This document shows positions 54,571 through 64,000 of a stretch of 64,000 nt of DNA, in pieces. Source of the DNA: Naegleria gruberi. Taxonomy: Eukaryota. The stretch lies in NCBI GenBank assembly GCA_000004985.1, contig GG738883.1; one strand, given 5' to 3'. The notes beneath the pieces were generated by a model. That model did not search any database, was not told the DNA's origin, and saw only the letters and a program-made list of their open reading frames with translations. The position numbers were made by a program, and so were the translations under genes. Position 1 is the stretch's first letter. Every line of letters starts with the position of its first letter.

Positions 54571-54897
54571 ATTAGATGATGCTATCTTTCAATAATATTA
54601 AATAAATATTAAATATATTAAATATTTTAACAATGAAGAAGTATTCAATTGTTTATATTTTTTTCTATTTGAATGTCATATAGCAAACGATCAGTATTGT
54701 TGATTTTTATATTGAATATTGAAGGTGAACCTTGTAAATTATTAAACTTGATGATAAAGGGGTCGCAGTAATTGATGGACTTTTTGCTTTTTGAAAAGTG
54801 CGCATTAATTGGATTGTAAAGTTGTTGATGAGGTCAATTAAGGAAAAAGAAATGGAGTCCATGAGGAGGAGTTTTTGTGGATTTATTGTTATTATGT

Positions 54898-56904
54898 CTA
54901 TAATTGTTTGTTAGAGTTTCGTCTTCTTGTTGTGAGGAAACAACAATATTGGAAAGTGATGGAAAGTATTGGAATTACAAGAGAAAGGATAAATGGGAGA
55001 GGAATATTGAGTTGAATGTACCATGGAAGTAGTGTGGAAATATCTCGAGTGTGTTGATCGAAATTATCAAAAGCTACCTCAATAACAATTTCTCCAGCTG
55101 TTAAAACATTATTCGAAAGCAATTCGCTTATATTCGAAAGTGAATCTCCCAAACTTTGAATGGTTGAAATACTCAACTTGGCTGCATTCAAATTATTCCT
55201 CTTAATCTCCCTCATCCTCTTCTTAATTTCCATTTTTGAGGAAATGACACTTTTCAAACTCTTGGAAAATGATTTTTCATTTCGTTCGAAAATATCTTCA
55301 GAAATTACAAATCCAAGTCCAAAATCTTCACATCTAATAGAATTGGCGAATTGATCTCCAAATATTGGGAATGTCAAGACCGGAACTTGGTTGTCAATTG
55401 CTTCGACGAGTGAATGACATCCGGCATGTGTTACAAAAGCAACAATTGATGGATGGGAAAGAATTAATCCCTGATTGACCCAGGTTTGGAAGAGAACTTT
55501 CTTGGCCATGGATTCTGGTAATTTCAAATCAGAATATCCTTCATGAACACAAATTACATGAATATTCTCATCTGTTCTAATTGTAAAATTCAAAATGGTT
55601 GTCATGTGTTCGTTTGAGAATTCCAATTTAGTTCCAAATGCAATATAGACAATAGAGATATTTCTTTCCAATTTTTCATCTAACCATCTAGTCATCTCCT
55701 GATCAGATAAATTATCATCCTTATTCTTCTCATAGAGTACAAAGTTTTCCTCTCCTAATTTATCACTAAATAAATTTGGTTTTCCAATGAGTTTGTGATT
55801 CTTCTTTGCTGTCGATTTATATCCAACAAATCTGTTATTATGAGAGATTGGATAGCTGTAATCTAAAACTCCAGGACTTGTAAAATGAATGAAAATCTTT
55901 TCAGAGCTAGTGAATAAAATTTCATACTTTTCACTCATGTTGTGAGCTCTTCTGATTGAGTTCAATTCTCCAACAGATTTAATTCCTTGTAAGAGTAATC
56001 TTCCTTGGATGTAAATTTCCTCATAGAGACGTGTCAATAAATACTTGGAAATTCCTTCTTCCTGATAAATTGAAGTGAGCTTTGTGAAACTTGTTGTGGT
56101 GAATGGAAATCTTGCAATAAATTGAGGAATATTTTGATTGAAAATGACAGATGGCAAGATATTGACAATTACAAAGTTCAATCCTTCTCTTTGTGCATAA
56201 TCAATTGCAGAATGAGCTGTCATGTCAATCACAAACAAAATGTCGTGTGGTCTCTTTTCTTTGATTAATCTCAATTCAGAATCTTGAGCAAGCATTCCAT
56301 CAATTGATTGAATAATAATCGAATAGGCAACTGACAATACATCAATTCCAATTACATATCTTTCCATCTTACTAGTTTCAGATTTTCTATACGAATCCAT
56401 TTTCTTCAATTTATCTTTCAACTCGGAATCTTTTACATTAATATAAATTGGAGTGAAATATTGTTCATGATCAAAGAATTCACTCTTACTATTATTTGCA
56501 ATTTCTTCAACCACACCATTCCATATTGGGAATGTCAACAATTTAATTTGTGAAACAGTAAAACCTTGACATTTGGCATTCATCAACAAACTTGTAGCTT
56601 TGGCAACATCTGCCAAACCTCTAATATGAGAACTATCCGGAAGTGGAATAAATACAAATTGTTTGTGCGTGCAATCTTGTTCAGAAATTAAATTTTCCTT
56701 CATGGCAAAAGTTTGCAACATGTTGAAGAAAATCGTTGTGATGATGACGAGGAGCAATCTAGATTGCATCCTTCCCGCGACGAGTTTCGTGTCCATCTGT
56801 TGATGTGAAAATTGCTGCTGTTTTTTTTTTGGTAAATCAGAGTTGACTTTCCTAATGTGGAACGGCCCGATTTTCATGCTGTTTTTTACAATGAATTCAC
56901 CCAT
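54898..56904 (-). CDS. UDP-glycosyltransferase (animal-type UGT with N-terminal signal and C-terminal TM anchor)
   Basis: UGT signature WVNQGLILSHPSIVAFVTHAGCHSLVEAIDNQVPVLTFPIFGDQFANS. C-terminal TM PLPFILSLVIPILSITFQYCCFL. The more likely start is the internal ATG at 56769 (MQSRLLLVIITTIFFNMLQTFA signal) rather than 56904. Confidence 0.8.
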   Translation of the reverse strand: MGEFIVKNSMKIGPFHIRKVNSDLPKKKQQQFSHQQMDTKLVAGRMQSRLLLVIITTIFFNMLQTFAMKENLISEQDCTHKQFVFIPLPDSSHIRGLADVAKATSLLMNAKCQGFTVSQIKLLTFPIWNGVVEEIANNSKSEFFDHEQYFTPIYINVKDSELKDKLKKMDSYRKSETSKMERYVIGIDVLSVAYSIIIQSIDGMLAQDSELRLIKEKRPHDILFVIDMTAHSAIDYAQREGLNFVIVNILPSVIFNQNIPQFIARFPFTTTSFTKLTSIYQEEGISKYLLTRLYEEIYIQGRLLLQGIKSVGELNSIRRAHNMSEKYEILFTSSEKIFIHFTSPGVLDYSYPISHNNRFVGYKSTAKKNHKLIGKPNLFSDKLGEENFVLYEKNKDDNLSDQEMTRWLDEKLERNISIVYIAFGTKLEFSNEHMTTILNFTIRTDENIHVICVHEGYSDLKLPESMAKKVLFQTWVNQGLILSHPSIVAFVTHAGCHSLVEAIDNQVPVLTFPIFGDQFANSIRCEDFGLGFVISEDIFERNEKSFSKSLKSVISSKMEIKKRMREIKRNNLNAAKLSISTIQSLGDSLSNISELLSNNVLTAGEIVIEVAFDNFDQHTRDISTLLPWYIQLNIPLPFILSLVIPILSITFQYCCFLTTRRRNSNKQL

Positions 56905-56937
56905 ATAGATAAAAATAATTATCGATTATCAATTGTT

Positions 56938-57333
56938 TTACAAAATATTACAATACCATCGATTATTCAATCCATAATTGTTAAATACTATTTTGTAATC
57001 TTCCTTAATAACCGATTCCAATAACTTTACACTATCCACATGCTTATTTTTACATCTCTCTATTGCTTCATTAAATATCGCATCCACATTAATATCTAAT
57101 TCGGCACTACTTTCAATAATTACACAATTTGTCAATTGGAATTTCTTGACAAGTGAGGTGAGTTCCTTTTTGTGTTGTGAAATAATTTCATTCCTTTCTG
57201 AATCTTTCAATAAATCCATCATTGTTAGAGCAATTACAAATGACATCTCATTAATTGGTAAATCATGAAATCTATTGGAAAGTTTTTCAATTATATTCGA
57301 AACTATTTTCAAAGAGCTGAAAGAAGAGCTCAA
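56938..57333 (-). CDS. C-terminal exon of a putative small-GTPase-like protein (ESSA G5-like motif); exon structure uncertain
   Basis: ...VKKFQLTNCVIIESSAELDINVDAIFNEAI.... Hand translation of upstream exons gives ...NVMLMGGLGKTSLVNRYVSFDSARDDAV (a non-canonical P-loop). Confidence 0.35.
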   Translation of the reverse strand: MSSSFSSLKIVSNIIEKLSNRFHDLPINEMSFVIALTMMDLLKDSERNEIISQHKKELTSLVKKFQLTNCVIIESSAELDINVDAIFNEAIERCKNKHVDSVKLLESVIKEDYKIVFNNYGLNNRWYCNIL

Positions 57334-57583
57334 TGGACACGCAATGACAAACGAATCTTGACGATTAATATGAAAATCTGCAACAAGTGGATCATCTGAA
57401 AATTGCTTGAAATATTCGAAAGTTAGAGAAACCTACAATCATAAATGCGGACCTCCTCTCCAGTAATGCTAAGTATAAGCCTAACCTGTACAGCATCATC
57501 TCTAGCAGAATCAAACGAAACATAACGATTTACCAGAGATGTTTTACCTTAATTTCGAATAAGAATTTAACAATTGAATTAAA

Positions 57584-57907
57584 CTAACCTAATCCACCCA
57601 TAAGCATTACGTTCACGCTGCGTTTCGTTTTAACTACTGTCTTATTTCGAATTTGAATAAATGTTAATACCATTCGTTTCAGTTCATAGCTATCCGAAAG
57701 TTCACATTTCAAGTTTCGTCTCTCAATCAAATCTTCCAATAAAACATCCGAACATTCCATTAATAAAACGTGCCACCAAAATTCACAACAAAATTCATTA
57801 AATTCTTTTGAAATATTCAAACTCTTGGAAATTGATTGAAAATTATGAATACACTCAATTTGTGATTTAATTTTCCAATCTCTCCGATAATTCTTAAAAT
57901 CCAACAA
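57584..57907 (-). CDS. Upstream exon of the same putative GTPase-like gene (N-terminal extension and P-loop start)
   Basis: ORF start is TTG, so the true start is unknown. Ends ...KTKRSVNVMLMGGLG before a gttagt donor. Confidence 0.3.
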   Translation of the reverse strand: MLDFKNYRRDWKIKSQIECIHNFQSISKSLNISKEFNEFCCEFWWHVLLMECSDVLLEDLIERRNLKCELSDSYELKRMVLTFIQIRNKTVVKTKRSVNVMLMGGLG

Positions 57908-58019
57908 AATAATATACGAAAGAATTTGTTGGAGAATTTCTGATGGAAGCGAACAAAATGGTGATTGATCTTGTGGTATTTTTTTTAAAGTGTTTAGTTT
58001 AGTTTACAATAGAATAGTT

Positions 58020-61000
58020 TCAAAAGTTTGGTAAAGTCAATCCCCAAACCACTGGAACCAACACACTAATCAAAATCCAATAAATGATCGTTAAGGGAAG
58101 ACCTACTTTAAAAAAGTCCAAAAATTTGTAATTTCCAACTCCCATCACCAACATATTCCCCGAAAATCCCAAAGGAAATGCAAAAACTGATTGAGATGCA
58201 TAAATTACACACATTACAAAACATCGAGCATTTAATCCATAGGATTGAGCTATGGACACAGCAATCGGAATGCAAATTGCAACAACAGCACTTCCAGTAA
58301 TAATGTGTGCAATGATGAGAGTGATGAAAGTTATGAATGCTGGAAGTAAAATGATTGGAACATTTGCCATTTTCAAAACTTGTGTGATTCCTTGTCCTAT
58401 TCCACTTTGAGTGATGGCAGTTCCAATGCCAATGGATGATCCAACCAATATTACTAGTCCCCAATCAACACTTTCTAATGCATCTGTTGGAGAAATCAAT
58501 CCAAACAAAATGATAACACAAAAAGTGACTAAACTACACTGAACCATTGGATAACCATATATGGCGCAACCAATCATGGCTGCAAAGAATAGGAAAATCC
58601 AATTTTCCCACCACCATAATCGAAATACCTTCTTAGTGAATGGAATTCTGAATTGGAATGGTCTTTGAATAAATTGATTGTCCGTAGGAGAAACTTCTGA
58701 AAATCTGGAAATCATGTAAAATTCTCGAGTGGAATTATGATGATTGGTGTAGAATCTGGGTTTTCCAATGACCAAAATGGTGTCTCCTGTGTTGACTTGG
58801 AAAGTTCTCAGATCGTTTTCAGCAGTTTCAGATTCCTTTTCCTCATAAAACATGTTTCGAATAGCTAGTACTGTAACTTGATATCTTAATTCGAAAATTT
58901 GATAAGTTTCACCAACACAAGGATTGGAATTGCCAATCACAACTTCAAAATATTCTAATTGACTTGTTTCTTCTACTACTGTCTCTTTGGATGTTTCTGC
59001 TTTGGAGCTTTCATTCTTCTTTGGATGATTTCTCTTCAGATTCGAATATAATTTTGTAATGATATCATTCTGATCACTTCCTCCACCAGATGAGATTGTA
59101 CTATTCTCATTTGAATCTTGACTTATTAAGGAAAGTTGTGAACCTCTCATTTGGGTAAACTCTTGAATTGATGGATTGATTGTTGACAATCGATATTCAT
59201 ATGGTTTAAGACTAACCTCCTTATACTCCTCAATCTCAAATACCATTGATTGGAGTTTCAAGATGGATTTGGGATTTCCTTTGAACATTAGAATATCATC
59301 CTTTTCAATGACAAGATCTTTTGGAACTGGTTTGATTCGTATGGTTTCTTCGGATGTGTCAGTTTCGATTTTTGCCATGTCTATTTCTATGGAAATAGTT
59401 TCTGCATTTGCAGGAGAGGTATTTTGAATAGATTCCATTTTCTTTTGAGTTTTGGTTTCCTCTACTTTCTTTTCACATTTTCTAATAACTTCCACAATTT
59501 CAATATTATCCAATTCTAAAACTTTCAGAATTTTTTCTTCATTTCTCCCCAACATGTTCATAAACAACATATAAGGTTTCGTATGATGCTTCTGAGATGA
59601 TAATTGATTCATTCTCACCACTGCAATAAACTCTTCCATTCTCTCTTTCGTCTTGTTTCTTAGTTTCTTTATCTTTTTAGCAAAATTCACATTAATTCTC
59701 TTCAACTTTTTGGATTCTCCCCTAATCTCATCTGGAACAATCCACAAACCATAGGTAATGAGATAGACAATCGTCACAACACACAAAATTCCTCCAACAT
59801 AAACAAACTCGTAAAATTCTAAAGCTCTATAACCATAACTGGTATACAATTCATTGGCCACAATATTAGGAGAATTTCCAATCGATGTCAAAAATCCACT
59901 TCCAGAAATAATGAAAGAAAGTGTCATTAAAAACTTTGAAGGTGAGACCTTATGTTGTCTAGCCCATTCCATTACAATTGGTAAACCTAAAACAACCACT
60001 GGTGTGTTGATTACAAAAGCACTTATCAAGGAAAACACCAAACAAATCCTCAATGTTGGAACTAGTAAGGATAAGTGTTGTAAAACCTTACTCTTTTCCA
60101 TGTTTTTGAATTTGATTGGAGAACCAAATAAGAGTTTTGAAAATTTCAAAACGAGTGAATTCTGAGTGACAGCTTTCACAATGGGAAATAGTAATGCAAT
60201 CACGAGTGTTCCACTACTTGCAAATCCACTGAGTGTCTGATCGAGAGTGAGAATTCCTGACAGATTGAAAATGACAATGGTAAAGAGAATAACGACATAG
60301 GGACGCCAAACTGTCAAGACCAAAAGTGTGAGCATGAGTAGGAGGAAAGCAACGACAACCCATAATTTCCATGAATTCCAAGCGAATGGTATTATTGGAG
60401 AAGAGGAAGAGCAAATGTTTGTAATTGGCTCTGATGTTTTGACATCTGAAATTAAAAGGGAAGAATTCAATAGTTTCAATGTTGAATAGGTATAATTGGA
60501 TTGTTTGATTTGGTTGAGCAATTGATTTGTATAATAATCCAAAGTGAATGTCTGGTTTAATACCACCAAATATGGCAATTCCATTCTAAGATGAGTAATA
60601 TTCAGCTGCAATGTGAACCACTGCATGTAATACTTATTCTTGTACAATTCTGAGATTTCAATGCTATCACTGACAAGAGAAACTTGATTTCCATTCAAAT
60701 TAAAAAACATTTTCTCATAATTCAAATCCAATCCATCATCGTTTCTCTTAGCTCTGTAATCGAAGAAATCCGAAGAAGGTAACAACAATTGTTTGGAGGT
60801 ATTACTATTCAAAATATTATTGTGAATTAATCGGAAATGTGAAAAAGTGAGTGTGGTGTTCAGGTTGGAAGAATTCATCACTTGTGAATCGGCTACTTTT
60901 GGGTAAATAATTTCCCATGCCAAAGTATTCTTTGTAGATGAAAACGATAGTGTTACAAAGCCAACTTTCTGTGTACTGTTTACATATTGATGCCTATCAT

Positions 61001-61145
61001 CACTCCACACCAGTTGATTTTTGGTAAATTGAGTTGAGAATTGGAACGCATTTAACTGTTCATTGATGAGCAGCGTTAAAATCAGCACAATGAGAAGTGA
61101 TGATGAACTCTCGAAAGTGAAAGAATGCGATCCTATCGATTTCAT
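58020..61145 (-). CDS. SLC13/DASS-like permease (ArsB/NhaD/CitMHS ion-transporter superfamily) with two central TrkA-C-like domains and a ~270-aa glycosylated N-terminal extension
   Basis: ORF-track start 61259 is GTG. First ATG at 61145 gives the signal-like MKSIGSHSFTFESSSSLLIVLILTLLINEQLNA. Two blocks of ~6 TM helices flank beta-rich TrkA-C-like modules (...IRIKPVPKDLVIEKDDILMFKGNPKSILKL... and ...VIGNSNPCVGETYQIFELRYQVTVLAIRN...TGDTILVIGKP...). C-terminal ...ITGSAVVAICIPIAVSIAQSYGLN.... Confidence 0.75.
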   Translation of the reverse strand: MKSIGSHSFTFESSSSLLIVLILTLLINEQLNAFQFSTQFTKNQLVWSDDRHQYVNSTQKVGFVTLSFSSTKNTLAWEIIYPKVADSQVMNSSNLNTTLTFSHFRLIHNNILNSNTSKQLLLPSSDFFDYRAKRNDDGLDLNYEKMFFNLNGNQVSLVSDSIEISELYKNKYYMQWFTLQLNITHLRMELPYLVVLNQTFTLDYYTNQLLNQIKQSNYTYSTLKLLNSSLLISDVKTSEPITNICSSSSPIIPFAWNSWKLWVVVAFLLLMLTLLVLTVWRPYVVILFTIVIFNLSGILTLDQTLSGFASSGTLVIALLFPIVKAVTQNSLVLKFSKLLFGSPIKFKNMEKSKVLQHLSLLVPTLRICLVFSLISAFVINTPVVVLGLPIVMEWARQHKVSPSKFLMTLSFIISGSGFLTSIGNSPNIVANELYTSYGYRALEFYEFVYVGGILCVVTIVYLITYGLWIVPDEIRGESKKLKRINVNFAKKIKKLRNKTKERMEEFIAVVRMNQLSSQKHHTKPYMLFMNMLGRNEEKILKVLELDNIEIVEVIRKCEKKVEETKTQKKMESIQNTSPANAETISIEIDMAKIETDTSEETIRIKPVPKDLVIEKDDILMFKGNPKSILKLQSMVFEIEEYKEVSLKPYEYRLSTINPSIQEFTQMRGSQLSLISQDSNENSTISSGGGSDQNDIITKLYSNLKRNHPKKNESSKAETSKETVVEETSQLEYFEVVIGNSNPCVGETYQIFELRYQVTVLAIRNMFYEEKESETAENDLRTFQVNTGDTILVIGKPRFYTNHHNSTREFYMISRFSEVSPTDNQFIQRPFQFRIPFTKKVFRLWWWENWIFLFFAAMIGCAIYGYPMVQCSLVTFCVIILFGLISPTDALESVDWGLVILVGSSIGIGTAITQSGIGQGITQVLKMANVPIILLPAFITFITLIIAHIITGSAVVAICIPIAVSIAQSYGLNARCFVMCVIYASQSVFAFPLGFSGNMLVMGVGNYKFLDFFKVGLPLTIIYWILISVLVPVVWGLTLPNF

Positions 61146-62242
61146 TCCTTTGCAAATCTTGTTGTTTTTTTCATCAGATAAAAACCCTATTAACATGGAC
61201 AATATTCGAAAATATACATTGTGTGGGTTTCCAATAAGAGGTGCAATCACTGATTCCACTGTCTACACAGACTGGAAAATATCATCATATTTGAGACAGT
61301 TTACGAAATGACCCCTTCAATATTGTGAATGATTTAAACGATACTTCCCGTTTAGGATGGTGTGAAAATATCTGACCCTTTTCCCCAACATTACTTGTCA
61401 CCACACGCTCGATTTTGTTTGTACTTGCCTTCAAAAGTGCACTACTGCAAGTATAGACATGCAACTACTGACCTCGTAACAAGGATTATTTTGTTGTGTT
61501 TGTTTCCAATAACCTGCTATGGAAGAATTGGCTGCCAATTCCAAATTCACAATAGTAGTAATCGTATCTATAAACCAAACATCCTCCTAACAGTCCTTAT
61601 CAATTAAGTCAACAAGGAATAATTCATTTATAATAATATAAAATTATTTTGTAAATTGTTGTAGTTGTGTATCATAAGAACGTTCAATTATAATTTTAAG
61701 GAAATCCTTTTTGAGGAAATATTATTAAAATAACAATTGAAGTACTAACGAGGGTGTATTGAAATTAAAGTATTTCTCATTCCGATAAGAACAACATAGT
61801 GTTCTTCAAAAGCCTTGTTGGTTCATAAGGAAACCAATCCGATTCCATAGACATACACTCTTATAATCTACATCATTAAATACATGTATGTAATTTTCCA
61901 ACAATTTTTAAAAGAACCTATGAGAATCTGAATAGATTCGTTATTGTCGTAATAAAAGAATTAAAAATTCATAAAAAATTAATTGTTATTAAATTATAAA
62001 TTGAATTGGATAAATGTTGCAAGAAGAAGTAGAAAGGGAAGAAATATCTCAATTCCTTCCTTTTGCAAAGAAATAAATGTTTTACATTTTTTTTATCGTC
62101 ATTGTAAAGTCGTGAATCTCAGATAATAATCCAATCAAAACAGAATTGATATATTAATGAAACTGTTCACCATTTATTGTTCAAATAGAGAAATTGAGGA
62201 TATGTCATACTTCAATGTTTTTATTATGACAGATTAAAAAAA

Positions 62243-62668
62243 ATGTCATTAAAATTCGAATTCAATGCTTCAGGAAGGAGACGTTTTGCTTACTACAATA
62301 GTGGTAAAGCCTGCTTCTACAAGGACAACATTCTTCTGTGGGAATTCAACTGGTATAATGATTATACTCATATGAATCTATTCGAAAGAAATGGAGAAAT
62401 ATTTCTCTTTTCTTATAGAGTTGGTCTTTTACAAGCTTTTGGAGTGATCGACAAATTGACTGATGCAAGCAATATCGAATTAAAAAGACATGGAAACTGG
62501 GCTAAAGATTGGTCACAATTCGAAATTCTCTCCAAATTCGAAACCTTTCATGGTCCAATATTGAAATCAACCAAATACGTCGGTGGCACCAAGATCACAG
62601 CCTACGACCTAATCGACACAACCACAGGTGAACTAACTTCCATCAAACGTATCGAAGAATACATGTAA
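62243..62668 (+). CDS. Hypothetical protein (141 aa)
   Basis: ATG verified with aaaaaaaatg context. No family recognised. Confidence 0.4.
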   Translation: MSLKFEFNASGRRRFAYYNSGKACFYKDNILLWEFNWYNDYTHMNLFERNGEIFLFSYRVGLLQAFGVIDKLTDASNIELKRHGNWAKDWSQFEILSKFETFHGPILKSTKYVGGTKITAYDLIDTTTGELTSIKRIEEYM

Positions 62669-62675
62669 AGTTTTT

Positions 62676-64000
62676 TTAATTCAATTCTTGTTTTTTAAAT
62701 TTCATTCTCAGCTTGGGAATGTTAACACAACTGGCAATATCTAGAATGAAGGCAATGAGTAAAATGACACCAGATATGGTCATACTGACAATTAAACCAG
62801 TTTCATCGTATTCTTTCAACTTGGGAGAAGAATCGAATATTTCACAATTGGATCCAACCCACGAACCGAAACATGAACATTTTTCTGGTCCAACACATTT
62901 ACCTCTTCCCAAACAAACTTGACTTGAATTTGATAGAAAACCATTACAAGTTGTCAATTGGCAAACTATTCCAAAATATCCTTCACTGCAATTACAAGAA
63001 TTTAAAGTTTGACATTTGCCATTTCCACTGCAGACGAAACTTGAATTGAGTGATGAGATATTTTCACATGTTGGAATGCTGCAGTCAATTCCAAGGTATC
63101 CAGTTTCGCATTGACATTGATTGGGACCTATACAGTTACCATATGAACTGCAATTGTGAACTAGCCCACAATCAGGTGTTTCGCATAGTTGACCTTTCCA
63201 ACCAGAGTTACATTGACAAGTTTCGGTTGCAATACACTTTCCATTTCCACTACAAACTGATGAATTCGTGTATAGTGTACCATTACAGAAAATTGAAAGT
63301 GAGAGCTTTCGAATTCGATTATTACTCGAATCTGCAAAGTAAATTTCATCATTTTTCTTATCGTAAACTATTCCAGTTGGAAAGCTCAATAACGCCTGGG
63401 TTGCAATCTTGAAATCTCCATTAAAATTTAAAGTTCCCCAATTGACATTAATGGCGCCCATTCCAGCAATTGTTGAAATTGTTCCATTCGCTTGAATTTT
63501 TCTAATTCTTCCATTATACGAATCTGAAATAAACAAATCGCCACTTGGTGAAGTTGCCATAAAGTGAGGATTATTCAACTTTGCATTGATAGCTAGCCCT
63601 CCATCTCCACTCAATCCTCCATTCTTAATTACCATTCCAACTGGACCAATTCCACCTAAAGTTGTCAAAGTTCCATTTTCTAAACTAATTGACCGAATCT
63701 TGTTTGTGTAAATTTCAGCAATTCCTAAACTACCATCAACGAGACGAATAACACTACCAGGGCCACAAACTCTTGAATTCAATGCGATTGATCCATCTGC
63801 AGCAGAACCTTCAAGTCCATTACCATATATAGTAGTGATGGTGCCATTGGTTAGAATTTTTCTAATTCTATGATTCCACATATCACTAATGATGAGCTCT
63901 CCATTGGAAAGAGGAAGAATTCCAAGTGGCCAAGCTAACAAACTGTCAACTGCCAAAATATTGTCAGAATTAAAATTTAAACCTGGTGCTGTATTTGTTG
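62676..64000 (-). CDS. Type I membrane protein with N-terminal NHL-repeat beta-propeller, four or more EGF-like (tenascin/laminin-type) Cys repeats, a TM segment and a short basic tail; 5' end lies beyond the window
   Basis: Frame stays open to base 64000 (ORF-track start at 63956 is TTG). NHL blades (NHRIRKILTNGTITTIYG, NGRIRKIQANGTISTIAG, NNRIRKLS). EGF-like C.SGNGKC....C.C..G..G..C. TM GLIVSMTISGVILLIAFIL. Confidence 0.75.
   Translation of the reverse strand, partial: TNTAPGLNFNSDNILAVDSLLAWPLGILPLSNGELIISDMWNHRIRKILTNGTITTIYGNGLEGSAADGSIALNSRVCGPGSVIRLVDGSLGIAEIYTNKIRSISLENGTLTTLGGIGPVGMVIKNGGLSGDGGLAINAKLNNPHFMATSPSGDLFISDSYNGRIRKIQANGTISTIAGMGAINVNWGTLNFNGDFKIATQALLSFPTGIVYDKKNDEIYFADSSNNRIRKLSLSIFCNGTLYTNSSVCSGNGKCIATETCQCNSGWKGQLCETPDCGLVHNCSSYGNCIGPNQCQCETGYLGIDCSIPTCENISSLNSSFVCSGNGKCQTLNSCNCSEGYFGIVCQLTTCNGFLSNSSQVCLGRGKCVGPEKCSCFGSWVGSNCEIFDSSPKLKEYDETGLIVSMTISGVILLIAFILDIASCVNIPKLRMKFKKQELN

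Noticed and set aside
1-64000. Prokaryotic features (operons, CRISPR, defence islands) and a bdelloid-rotifer telomeric HGT scenario
   Set aside because: The sequence has spliced eukaryotic genes, a tRNA with eukaryotic arms and dictyostelid-style low-complexity coding. The telomere unit (TTTGGG) is not the bdelloid TGTGGG type, and no foreign-looking intronless bacterial genes were seen.

Overview
This window is the end of a eukaryotic chromosome, from a telomere inward through about 60 kb of subtelomeric and gene-bearing DNA; it contains no bacterial, phage, operon or CRISPR features.

Evidence that it is eukaryotic nuclear DNA, most likely from a dictyostelid-like amoebozoan:
- The left edge is a perfect (CCCAAA)n hexamer array (G-strand TTTGGG).
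- There are four N-run scaffold gaps (320-369, 1376-1575, 2771-4005, 8919-8968).
- Genes have small AT-rich GT-AG introns with gtaagt/gtatgt donors, A-runs before ATG, and poly-Q/N/S/T/H low-complexity coding.
- GC is moderately low (about 30-35 percent).
- I could not match the TTTGGG repeat to a taxon with confidence.

Main content, left to right:
- Two telomere-repeat tracts (1-294 and 1576-2050) end in near-identical junctions and bracket a single gene (379-1314).
- That gene encodes a helical protein with a central Gly/Ala-rich hydrophobic hairpin.
- Next comes an AT-rich low-complexity subtelomeric spacer.
- At 5997-10514 (minus) sits an apparently intact tyrosine-recombinase (DIRS/PAT/Ngaro-type) retrotransposon with split direct repeats.
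- Gene remnants follow: two kinase-derived fragments and a frameshifted NHL-repeat pseudogene.
- About 25 protein-coding genes fill the rest.

Identified genes:
- a head-to-head pair of paralogous multi-pass membrane proteins
- a 7TM protein with a C-terminal RGS domain
- a sigma-like GST
- an Rh50-type ammonium transporter fused to a long E/K/R-rich helix
- tRNA-Val(AAC)
- an ABCB half-transporter
- an NHL-like propeller protein
- a C2-domain protein
- a cluster of three F-box genes plus a DUF4116 gene
- a secreted A/K-rich, His/Gly/Ser-rich repeat protein
- a phospholipase C delta-like gene
- calnexin
- a RETSAT/phytoene-desaturase-family oxidoreductase
- a UDP-glycosyltransferase
- an SLC13-like permease with TrkA-C domains
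- an NHL-EGF-TM receptor-like protein that runs off the window end

The ORF track translates TTG and GTG starts as M, so I re-derived several start codons and exon boundaries by hand from the sequence.
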